Source: Promethearchaeota archaeon (lineage in GTDB: Archaea > Asgardarchaeota > Lokiarchaeia > Sigyniarchaeales > SOKP01). From it: a DNA stretch of 64,000 bases. Under the pieces are notes generated by a model that searched no databases, was not told the origin of the DNA, and saw only the letters and a list, made by a program, of their open reading frames with translations. The stretch's first letter is position 1, and each line of letters opens with the position of its first letter. Positions 33,623 through 41,843 of this stretch are shown one piece after another. Where the stretch lies: positions 96,001 through 160,000 of the forward strand of contig JAEOUA010000008.1 in NCBI GenBank assembly GCA_016839555.1, read 5' to 3'. The translations under genes were made by a program, and so were the position numbers.

Positions 33623-34836
33623 GTGATTAAGATTAACGATTCAGACAAATTTACTACTAAATATTATATTCGAGCTTCATTTGTTATAAAGGGGGTCGTA
33701 GAAAAGAGCGATATTGTGGGTGCTATATTCGGACAAAGCTGAAAAGATCTCCTTTTCTCGTCTAAACAGAAGGTCTTCTTTTAGATCTTGACTTACGAGA
33801 ACTTCAAAAATCTGGAAGAATAGGAAGAATTGAAGTCAATAATGAGACAAAAGAAGGAAAATCGAAAGGCACCATAATAATTCCAAGCTCTTTAACCCGA
33901 AAAGAAACTGCTTTACTAGCGGCAACGATAGAAACGGTATCGAGAGTAGGTCCTTGCGAAGCAGAAATCACCTTGCAAGAAATAAAGGATGTAAGAGAAA
34001 AAAAAAGAAAGGAAATTATTGAAAGGGCAGCAGAATTATTAAAAGAATGGGACCAGAAATCATTGGATGCCAGTGAGATTGAGGAAAAGATTGATACAGA
34101 TATTAGATTGGGAGAAATCATAACTTGGGGACCTGAGAACTTACCAGCAGGTCCCGATATTGAGGAAGAGGAGGAATTGATTATAGTAGAAGGACGTGCA
34201 GATGTATTAAATCTCTTACGAATTGGGATTAAAAATACAATAGCAGTTCAAGGAACCAGCATTCCTAAATCTATTATTGAACTCGCAAAAAATAAAAGGG
34301 TAACTGTTTTTCTCGATGGAGATCGTGGTGGAGATTTAATCCTGAAGGAATTGAGTCAATTAATAGATATAGATCATATCGCAAGAGCACCAGAAGGGTA
34401 TGAAGTCGAAGAACTTACTAGAAAACAATTAATTAAATATCTTCAGAAAAAAAGGCCAGCCTCATCTTATAAAATAGAAGAAGAAGTAGAGAAAGAAGAT
34501 GAAAATAAATATTCTTCCAAAGAAAAAGTATTGATTAGCTTTTTAGACAAATTGAAAGTAAAAAACAAAGAAATTATCATTGAAAAAATTAAAAATATTG
34601 AGAGCGGAACTGCGGTGGGCTATGATAAAAAATTACATCCACTATTTACTATTCCAGTAAGTGAATTATATAATTCAATTAATAAACATAGCAATACGAA
34701 ATATTTAATTTTAGATGGAATATTAACAGAGAGGCTTTTAAATCAATTACGTACCATGGAAATTAAATTTATAGCATGCAAGAATAAAGAAGCAGACTTA
34801 AAAGTACCTAATAATATTTCTGTTTATTATTTTTAA
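33623..34836 (+). CDS. dnaG: Archaeal DnaG (Toprim; exosome-associated), join(33623..33736,33766..34836), about 394 aa after removal of a 29-nt intron
   Basis: Exon 1 reads TTKYYIRASFVIKGVVEKSDIVGAIFGQ, exon 2 reads TEGLLLDLDLRELQKSGRIGRIEV...ETALLAATIETVSRVGPC...IIVEGRADV...FLDGDRGG; the ORF track caught only 33973..34836. Confidence 0.93.
33737..33765 (+). other. Candidate 29-nt bulge-helix-bulge-type intron in dnaG mRNA
   Basis: Central 4-bp helix GGAC(33731-34)/GUCU(33760-63), each strand followed by AAA; inner hairpin GAAAAG/CUUUUC; cuts after the second bulge nucleotide rejoin GGA CAA|ACA GAA. Confidence 0.8.
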
Positions 34837-34852
34837 AATAATTTTCAATTTT

Positions 34853-35281
34853 TTATTTTTTTTTAGTTTGAATATCAAAAGAAAAATTTAAGGGAATTCC
34901 CTTACTTATGCTTTCTGTTATTACACAATGTTCTTTAAACTGATTAATACATTTATCCAATTTATTTTTATCATCATTATTAATAGAACATTTAATTTCC
35001 AGCTCGATTTTTAGTAAACGCAAATTCAATTTATTTCCACGATGACTTAACTTCCCATCTACAATAATTTGTAAATCCTTTATCGGGATCGAATTTTTTT
35101 TTAAACAATAGGCGAACGAGGAGCCTGTACAACCACCTACTCCCATTAAAAAATATTCTACTGCTGATGGTCCCGTATCTTGTCCATGGAATGATTCAGG
35201 TTCATCAATATGAATATCAGTAAAATGTCTGGCGGAGGCTAGAAAATGAAGCCCTTCTGATAAATTAAGAAATACTTTCAA
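34853..35281 (-). CDS. OsmC-family protein
   Basis: DEP..FHGQDTGPSAVEYFLMGVGGC ... HCVITESI. Confidence 0.9.
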   Translation of the reverse strand: MKVFLNLSEGLHFLASARHFTDIHIDEPESFHGQDTGPSAVEYFLMGVGGCTGSSFAYCLKKNSIPIKDLQIIVDGKLSHRGNKLNLRLLKIELEIKCSINNDDKNKLDKCINQFKEHCVITESISKGIPLNFSFDIQTKKK

Positions 35282-35440
35282 AAAAGATCACTTCATTAAA
35301 AAAATGCATTAATATAATTAAAATAAATTATAGTAATTCTCAAATAAAAAGATTTATTTAAAATCCATTAATTTTAACTAAGAGAATTCAGCGCTTTAAG
35401 AAGTAAAAATGCATAATATGATTAAAATAGAAAATATTCA

Positions 35441-35683
35441 TTAAGTGGTTCCTATCGGAACAACACTTAAGATTAGTTGGATAATATACGAGATTCCGCC
35501 TAATATTAAAAGTCCTATTATAACTATTTTAAAAACGGTAAGATAATCTTCTCGCCCAGGTTTATTAGCTGTTTTTATAACGCGCTTCATTCCTTGGATA
35601 AGATCTACTACTTTTTGATAAAAGGTTCTCTTTTTTTTCTTGTCTTTACGATAGCTCTCATATTTGGGATACCGTTTCGACAT
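35441..35683 (-). CDS. secE: Protein translocase subunit SecE/Sec61-gamma
   Basis: RVIKTANKPGREDY followed by a C-terminal TM helix; downstream of ftsY. Confidence 0.92.
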   Translation of the reverse strand: MSKRYPKYESYRKDKKKKRTFYQKVVDLIQGMKRVIKTANKPGREDYLTVFKIVIIGLLILGGISYIIQLILSVVPIGTT

Positions 35684-35744
35684 AATTTATTAAAAATTTA
35701 ATTTTTTAAAAATTTATCTATAAATTATTTTTAAATAGACCCTT

Positions 35745-36644
35745 TTAGTCAGTTAACACGCTGGAAATAAATAAATCGGGATCAAACTTCTCTAAATCCG
35801 TATATTTTTGTCCAATCCCCACAAAGATTATTGGCTTTCTTGTTTCATGAGAAATAGAGAGAGCAGCACCTCCTTTCGCATCAGCATCCAACTTGGTTAG
35901 AATGGAAGCATCAACTCCCACATATTTATTAAATTCCTTCGCCTGAAAAAGCGCATCATTCCCAGCTAAAGAATCTCCAATGAATAATTTTAAATCTGGA
36001 TTAGCTACTCGACATATTTTTTCTATTTCTCTCATTAAATTTTTATCAGATACTTGGCGACCTGCCGTATCCACTAATACTACATCTATATTCTTAGCTT
36101 TTGCATGGTCTATCGCATCAAAGGAAACGCTCGCGGGATCGGATTTATATTGGCCCTTAATGACATTAACTCCTACATTATCCATGTGAGATGAGAGTTG
36201 TTCAATCGCACCTGCTCGAAAAGTATCCGAAGCAGCGGCAACCACAGAATATCCATTTTTTTTCAAATATCGCGCTATTTTTGCCATAGTGGTTGTCTTA
36301 CCTGTTCCATTAACTCCCAAAAACACAATGACATAGGGGAGATCTCCAGAAGCTTTTTTATTTTCAATTTCTTGAAGAAGATCTAGTTCAAAATCGGGTG
36401 TAAGAATTTTAGTAATGACTTCTTCCAAAGTTTTTTCTAAGAGTGCTTTTGTTGAGGTTAGCCTTCCAATTTGTTCTCCTTTTAATTTATCAATAATATT
36501 TTGGCATATTTCCTCTGCAGTATTCATAGCAACGTCATTGCGGAGTAATATAAGCTTTAAATCCTCAATTGCATCTTCTAATTTCTTTTCGGATAAAGTT
36601 TTATTTACAAAGGTAGATAAAGCATTTTTCAATTTATCTAACAT
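35745..36644 (-). CDS. ftsY: SRP receptor FtsY
   Basis: GVNGTGKTTT, DTFRAGA, DTAGR, TKLDADAKGG. Confidence 0.97.
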   Translation of the reverse strand: MLDKLKNALSTFVNKTLSEKKLEDAIEDLKLILLRNDVAMNTAEEICQNIIDKLKGEQIGRLTSTKALLEKTLEEVITKILTPDFELDLLQEIENKKASGDLPYVIVFLGVNGTGKTTTMAKIARYLKKNGYSVVAAASDTFRAGAIEQLSSHMDNVGVNVIKGQYKSDPASVSFDAIDHAKAKNIDVVLVDTAGRQVSDKNLMREIEKICRVANPDLKLFIGDSLAGNDALFQAKEFNKYVGVDASILTKLDADAKGGAALSISHETRKPIIFVGIGQKYTDLEKFDPDLFISSVLTD

Positions 36645-36724
36645 AAATTCGAGGAAAAAATTATTGTTTTATTTATTTTAATTTATAGTAAAAAGTGAAT
36701 AAAATAAGAATAGATTAACAAAAT

Positions 36725-37147
36725 TTATGATGATTGTGGGATTGTGTCTTGTCGAAACATTTGTGAAATTGTTTGTAAACGTGTTTCCATTTTATATAAT
36801 TGTTCATTGAGGAATTTAATTTGTTCTTGATGTTGATTTATTAATTTATCAATAAATTCTATTGAACCTTCAATATTTTTTTCAATAACCACATCCGACA
36901 CAGATAGTAAAATATTTTTTGGTTGTTTTATATTAGCTTTAAGATTGATTATTCCACCCACGGGAATTAATATTTCGTCCCCCTCTTGCACATTTTCCAA
37001 ATTTTTTAGTGTTTCTTTTGTATTTGATAAATTGCTTAAAGAGGCATAGATTAAATCGAGATTTTGCTCGTACATATCCTTTCTTTCTCTAATCGCTTGG
37101 AATTCATAAGCAAGAGCTTGGGTTTGAGATTGTTGAGAATTTTCCAT
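36725..37147 (-). CDS. pfdA: Prefoldin alpha subunit
   Basis: Coiled coil - EILIPVGG beta hairpins - coiled coil; conserved operon position. Confidence 0.92.
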   Translation of the reverse strand: MENSQQSQTQALAYEFQAIRERKDMYEQNLDLIYASLSNLSNTKETLKNLENVQEGDEILIPVGGIINLKANIKQPKNILLSVSDVVIEKNIEGSIEFIDKLINQHQEQIKFLNEQLYKMETRLQTISQMFRQDTIPQSS

Positions 37148-37183
37148 TTAATTTTTTCACCTGTGATTGAATATTTTAAATTT

Positions 37184-37420
37184 TTATTTTTTAGAGAGTT
37201 CTTTTATTAAATAATCTTCAGCTTCTTCGGGAGATATTTCCTTAATTTCATCAATAGTAATTTGTCGCCTAAAGAGACCAATAGAACTTATTTGAGATAA
37301 TACTTTTTCTAGGGCATCCTCTTTTTTAAGTGCGCGCTTTTCCTTTCTAAATAAATATCGTTTATTATTCTTAAAATAATGTCCGGTTATTCTAAAGATT
37401 TTTATTTCAGACTCTGACAT
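37184..37420 (-). CDS. rplX: Ribosomal protein eL20 (LX/L18a)
   Basis: KIFRITG..FRKEKRAL..EDALEKV.S...R.QI.I; operon position. Confidence 0.88.
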   Translation of the reverse strand: MSESEIKIFRITGHYFKNNKRYLFRKEKRALKKEDALEKVLSQISSIGLFRRQITIDEIKEISPEEAEDYLIKELSKK

Positions 37421-37608
37421 TAATTCTAACCTATTAAAGTGATTCTATCGTATTAATTATGTGGATAGAATAATAATCCATAAATTATTAAATTTTGTCT
37501 TTATAGAGTATAATTCTTGAATTTTTTGTAGAAAAGGGAATTTTTTTTTTCCTTTAATATTTCTTTGAGATGATTATTTGCTATAAAAGGTTATTTCATT
37601 TATTATCT

Positions 37609-38286
37609 TTATAAACGTAATACATTTATTAATCTTGCCAATTCTGGTCCAGTGCTTCTCATCCCAAAAATTCCATTCTCATCATTCACGACAGCTCCAG
37701 CGCTTAAATAGGGAGTTCCTCTATTTATTGTGCTGACATCAGTTTCAACCTTTAGAATTGAGGAGATATATTTTATATCTTCATTTTCAGTCAGAGGATG
37801 CACTAAACAACCCTTATTATTTGCTATTCCTATTGACCCAGGCAAATGAATCCCCGCAAAATCAAATACAACGGTTTCCACATTTAAAATATCCTCTATA
37901 TGTGATCTATAATCCCTTAATAATGAACTAATTATCGCTCCTTTATCATTACACAGAATCAAATTTCCGAAAGCATTATCAATAGATTTAAGCTTTTCAA
38001 TATGAAGTGCATTTTCTTCATTTAGAAAATAACTTTTTAATTTAGAAAGCTCATCTTCTCTCAAAATATTGGGTAAAATGAGGCCATATTTATTACTTGC
38101 AGAATAAATACCAATAAGTTTTGAGTTGTTTATAGTAAACGGATATAAATTAATTTTAAATATTTGTTTTATTTTTTGGAGATCTGATTTTATTAAAGTA
38201 GGAGGATACAATACAAACGCGTTATTAACCTCTAAATAGACACCAATTAAGCTTTTACCAAATAGTTCAGTTTTGATAATGGCCAT
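37609..38286 (-). CDS. eif6: Translation initiation factor 6 (aIF6)
   Basis: GNLILCNDKGA, NNKGCLVHP, TINRG, STGPEL. Confidence 0.95.
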   Translation of the reverse strand: MAIIKTELFGKSLIGVYLEVNNAFVLYPPTLIKSDLQKIKQIFKINLYPFTINNSKLIGIYSASNKYGLILPNILREDELSKLKSYFLNEENALHIEKLKSIDNAFGNLILCNDKGAIISSLLRDYRSHIEDILNVETVVFDFAGIHLPGSIGIANNKGCLVHPLTENEDIKYISSILKVETDVSTINRGTPYLSAGAVVNDENGIFGMRSTGPELARLINVLRL

Positions 38287-38392
38287 TATTTAGAAGGGTT
38301 TATTTTTTTACACATTTAAAGAAGAAAATAGTATATCTATATTTTGTATTAATTTCTTAAATTCTTTCAAATTTATAATAAGGTGAATGTTG

Positions 38393-38869
38393 TTATGCTA
38401 AATTCAAATAAACTAAGCCATCAATATTCTTTCTCGCCAGTACTCTAATTTTTCTAGGTGGTTTTTTAATTCCGCGTTCCCATATTTTCTCATTTACTTC
38501 TTGGGAAATTACTAAGTATTCTGGCTTAAAATGCTGTTGTATATATTCGCGAAGGTACCTTACTGCCTTTTTAGCCCACTTTGTGCGTGGTCCTTTACGA
38601 GCATTTTTTAAAGGGACGACATAAATTCTTTCATCAATGATTTCTTCTTCTGGGATACCCACTTCTTCTGGGATTTCCTCTTCTTCAATTTCTTCCTCAA
38701 AAACTTCACCTATTTTTTCCTCAGTAGATATTTCTTCTAAATCAAATTCTTCAATTTCTTCAATCTTCTCTTCCATTTCTTCTTTCTCAATTTTCTCAAA
38801 ATCTTCACCTTTTTCAGCTAACTCTTCTTCTAACTCATCTAAGCTTATTTCTTTTCTTTTTTTTGCCAT
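38393..38869 (-). CDS. rpl31e: Ribosomal protein eL31 with long acidic N-terminal extension
   Basis: ERIYVVPL...AKKAVRYLRE...VNEKIWERGIKKPPRKIRV. Confidence 0.95.
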   Translation of the reverse strand: MAKKRKEISLDELEEELAEKGEDFEKIEKEEMEEKIEEIEEFDLEEISTEEKIGEVFEEEIEEEEIPEEVGIPEEEIIDERIYVVPLKNARKGPRTKWAKKAVRYLREYIQQHFKPEYLVISQEVNEKIWERGIKKPPRKIRVLARKNIDGLVYLNLA

Positions 38870-38898
38870 TATTTTTTACCCTTTAAAGTAAATTTAAA

Positions 38899-39060
38899 TT
38901 AATCGCGCTTTAATTTATTATTTCTCCAAGATCTTCTGGAAGTTGGATTTGTACTTACTTTTCTCCTTGTTTTAATCATTACCCAGTTGGGAACTGATTT
39001 ATTTTGCTTTAAATTCTTTCCTCGTCGTAATTTTACGGAAAGGTTTTTATTTCTTGCCAT
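38899..39060 (-). CDS. rpl39e: Ribosomal protein eL39 (53 aa; not in the ORF track)
   Basis: Manual translation MARNKNLSVKLRRGKNLKQNKSVPNWVMIKTRRKVSTNPTSRRSWRNNKLKRD*. Confidence 0.95.
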   Translation of the reverse strand: MARNKNLSVKLRRGKNLKQNKSVPNWVMIKTRRKVSTNPTSRRSWRNNKLKRD

Positions 39061-39086
39061 TATAATCATTTAAAGTATAATTTTCA

Positions 39087-39434
39087 TTAAAATTTCTTTA
39101 TCTTAAAATCTTTTTTTTTATTTGATGTTGAAATCTTTTCTAAAATCTTTTTGAAATTTTGATCTGACATTGGATTTGTGATTCTACCGGATTGATATAA
39201 CTGAATTAATTGTAGTTCAATCTGTTCTGCAAATTCAGGTCGTACCATTCTGATATTTTCAAGTCTCTGGCGTCCTTTTTGAGAAAGAATTTGCCTCATT
39301 ATTTTATATTTCTGTGCCTCAAACGCTTCTTGTTGCTGTTCTGCGAGCTTTTTTTGTGCTACTTGTTGTTTTAATTGTTCAAGTCTTTTCCTCCTGATTT
39401 CTTCTAATCTTTCAGAATTTTCTTCATCACTCAA
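39087..39434 (-). CDS. PDCD5-like double-stranded DNA-binding protein
   Basis: LEEIRRKRLEQL ... ILSQKGRQRLENIRMVRPEFAEQIELQLIQL. Confidence 0.93.
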   Translation of the reverse strand: MSDEENSERLEEIRRKRLEQLKQQVAQKKLAEQQQEAFEAQKYKIMRQILSQKGRQRLENIRMVRPEFAEQIELQLIQLYQSGRITNPMSDQNFKKILEKISTSNKKKDFKIKKF

Positions 39435-39462
39435 ACAAAATCACCAGATTTTTTTTTATTTT

Positions 39463-39891
39463 TTATTTACTTTTATTGCGCAAAATTTCATAAGCAGTTC
39501 TTTCGAGGAAGCTTATTCCCTCAGGAGTCATCTCTCTTCCTTCTTTTTCTTTTTGATAAATTAAATTTGCCTCCTCTAATTGTTGGAGAGCAACACGGAT
39601 TATTTTCCCAGACCCTTTTACACTTTTATTTTTACCACGTTTCTTCCTTTCTCTTCCACCATAATGTTTTCTTAATCGATTTACTCCTAAAGGTCCAAAT
39701 TTTGATAACTTTCTAAGTAATGAAGCGCATCTCACAAACCAGAAGTTTTCTGAATCTATTGGTGCTAATTCTTTAAAACGAGCAGTTTTCCAATATTGAC
39801 TCCCTTCTGGAGGCTTAATTGAAGGATATTCTTTCAATTTATCAGCAATGACTGAAATTAATTTACTAGGTTTAACGAGGTAAATGGACAT
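39463..39891 (-). CDS. rps19e: Ribosomal protein eS19
   Basis: KTARFKELAP..WFVRCASLLRK..GPLGV.RLR..YGG..GSGKIIRVALQQLE. Confidence 0.97.
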   Translation of the reverse strand: MSIYLVKPSKLISVIADKLKEYPSIKPPEGSQYWKTARFKELAPIDSENFWFVRCASLLRKLSKFGPLGVNRLRKHYGGRERKKRGKNKSVKGSGKIIRVALQQLEEANLIYQKEKEGREMTPEGISFLERTAYEILRNKSK

Positions 39892-39977
39892 ATATCAGTT
39901 TCATTTCTTTTTATTTCATTAAATATTATTGATAGTAATAATTTTAAAATTAAAAATTTTGCTAATTTAAAGCTAAT

Positions 39978-40277
39978 TTGAAGGGTTTACTAATGAATGC
40001 TAATGATTACAAAAAAAGGTTTCAAGAGGTTTTATTAAATAAACCACATTGTATTTTAGGAAAGAAAGGTATTGATGATAATGAAGGGTTTATTAAACAT
40101 GTGCAAGATTTATTAAAGAAACATAAAATAATAAAAATAAAACTCCTCAAAACTGCGCTTCATGGAGAAATTGTAGAGGATATTGCTCAAAAAATAGCTG
40201 ATAATACCGATTCTTATCTTTTAGATCTTCGAGGGAAAATAATTATTATTTCTAAACATCCAGTAAATATTCATTAA
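39978..40277 (+). CDS. YhbY/CRM-domain RNA-binding protein
   Basis: ILGKKGI ... LKKHKIIKIKLL ... DLRGKIIII. Confidence 0.88.
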   Translation: MKGLLMNANDYKKRFQEVLLNKPHCILGKKGIDDNEGFIKHVQDLLKKHKIIKIKLLKTALHGEIVEDIAQKIADNTDSYLLDLRGKIIIISKHPVNIH

Positions 40278-40322
40278 TAATTGAATTAATAAAAATATTA
40301 ATAAAAGATTAAACCGTTTAAA

Positions 40323-40649
40323 ATGCCAAATTTTAAAAAGATTGCAAAAAACATAGCAAAAAATCGTATATTATACTTATTTGAACTTGCAGATAAAATT
40401 TTTCCAGAAAATAAAAGCTTAGCGAATCGATATGTAGAACTAGCAATGAAATATGCTCAGAGAGTAAAAGTGCGAATCCCACAACAATGGAAAAAAAGGA
40501 TTTGTCATAATTGTAAAAAATTTCTTTATCCAAGAATCAATTGTCGTATAAGACTTCAATCAAGGAAAGGGAAGGGTTCTCATATTTCGGTTACTTGTTT
40601 GGACTGTAATCATACAACTCGTTATTTCATTAAAACCTTAGAGACTTAA
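40323..40649 (+). CDS. rnp4: RNase P protein component 4 (Rpp21)
   Basis: IAKNRI..LF..A, LANRYVELA, ICHNC and TCLDC zinc ribbon. Confidence 0.94.
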   Translation: MPNFKKIAKNIAKNRILYLFELADKIFPENKSLANRYVELAMKYAQRVKVRIPQQWKKRICHNCKKFLYPRINCRIRLQSRKGKGSHISVTCLDCNHTTRYFIKTLET

Positions 40650-40760
40650 ACCTAAGCAAGATATATTGTTTTAAAAATAGGCATTTTTAGCAAATCAATA
40701 TCGAGTTTTAATCATTAACTAATACAAATAATAATAAATGTTTTAAAAGACTTTAATGTA

Positions 40761-41453
40761 TTGAAACATATGAGTCTAATTATATTTCTAGTAGAATGCG
40801 GAATAGAGTTAATTCCGAAAAGGTTACGTGAACATCCCGCTATAAAAAGAAATTTATCTATGAAAAATTATTATACGCAATTATTAGATAATGCTCTACA
40901 TTATAGCGCTATGAAGAAATTAAAAAACAGCGAAAAACGAGGGCGCCCTGATATATCTCATCTCTGTTTGCTTAATGCATTAGGCTCCCCTTTAAATAAA
41001 ATGGGTAAGCTACAACTTTTTCTGCATACAATTAATAATAAACTGTTTGAATTCAATCCCGAAATTCGTATCGCCAAGAATTTTAATAGATTTAAAGGTT
41101 TAATGGCCAAAATGTTAATTGATAACGGGATTAAGTTTGAGAATGAATTTTTAATTTCCCCTATAAAAATAAGCTTGAATGAAAAAATAAAAGAATTCAC
41201 AGAATCTAAAGATTCAGAACTTATAATTCTTTCAAGGAGAGGGAAATTAATTTCTTCATATAGGGAGTTATATAAAGGAGATTCTTCAAAAAATTATATT
41301 CTTATAATAGGCGGCTTTCAAAAATCTTCTTTTTCCGAGGAAATTCATAATTTAACTAAAAATATAATTTCAATTTCAAATGAGTCTCTAAATGCGTGGA
41401 TTGTAGTCAGTAGAGCGATTACGTTTTATGAAATCTCTCTTAATATATATTAA
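40761..41453 (+). CDS. nep1: 16S rRNA pseudouridine N1-methyltransferase Nep1/Emg1
   Basis: KRGRPDISHLCLL..LGSPLNK, RIAKNFNRFKGLM, IIGGF. Confidence 0.92.
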   Translation: MKHMSLIIFLVECGIELIPKRLREHPAIKRNLSMKNYYTQLLDNALHYSAMKKLKNSEKRGRPDISHLCLLNALGSPLNKMGKLQLFLHTINNKLFEFNPEIRIAKNFNRFKGLMAKMLIDNGIKFENEFLISPIKISLNEKIKEFTESKDSELIILSRRGKLISSYRELYKGDSSKNYILIIGGFQKSSFSEEIHNLTKNIISISNESLNAWIVVSRAITFYEISLNIY

Positions 41454-41546
41454 GAGGTTTATATGAAGTATTTTTAATCATTGATTTGAATTTTCCTATT
41501 TTAAAAATTGAATTAAAAATTAAATAGGTTTACGGATAGGAATAAA

Positions 41547-41619
41547 TGCGCCCGCCGGGATTTGAACCCGGGTCCCCGGCTTGGAAGGCCGAAATTCTAA
41601 ACCTCTATACCACGAGCGC
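41547..41619 (-). tRNA. tRNA-Gly(TCC), intronless, CCA not encoded
   Basis: GCGCTCG/CGGGCGC acceptor stem, TCGGC-CT TCC AA-GCCGG anticodon arm, CCGGG-TTCAAAT-CCCGG T arm. Confidence 0.96.
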
Positions 41620-41843
41620 AGAGAAGTAGAAGTTAAAGTATAAAATATATTAAACAATTAATATTTAATGGAAAAATTCTTATTTATATATTAATATAGA
41701 TCAACAAAGCTGTATTTTCCATTGTATATGAATATTTTTCGAAGCACACAATCATAAAAAAATTACTTGGATAATTAATCTTTAGAAATACCTATTATAA
41801 TTTCATTTAATGTTCATTATTTTATATTAATAGCATAAATCTT

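Noticed and set aside
33740-33742. TGA in dnaG as selenocysteine or readthrough
   Set aside because: Readthrough stays in the wrong frame because the insert is 29 nt, and DnaG has no Cys/Sec at this position.
33737-33765. Programmed ribosomal frameshift or hop in dnaG
   Set aside because: The exon-2 frame has TAA at 33763-65 immediately before the resumed sequence, and there are no matching take-off and landing codons. Excision explains it more simply.
41547-41619. Intron in tRNA-Gly
   Set aside because: The 73-nt sequence forms a complete cloverleaf with a 7-nt anticodon loop.
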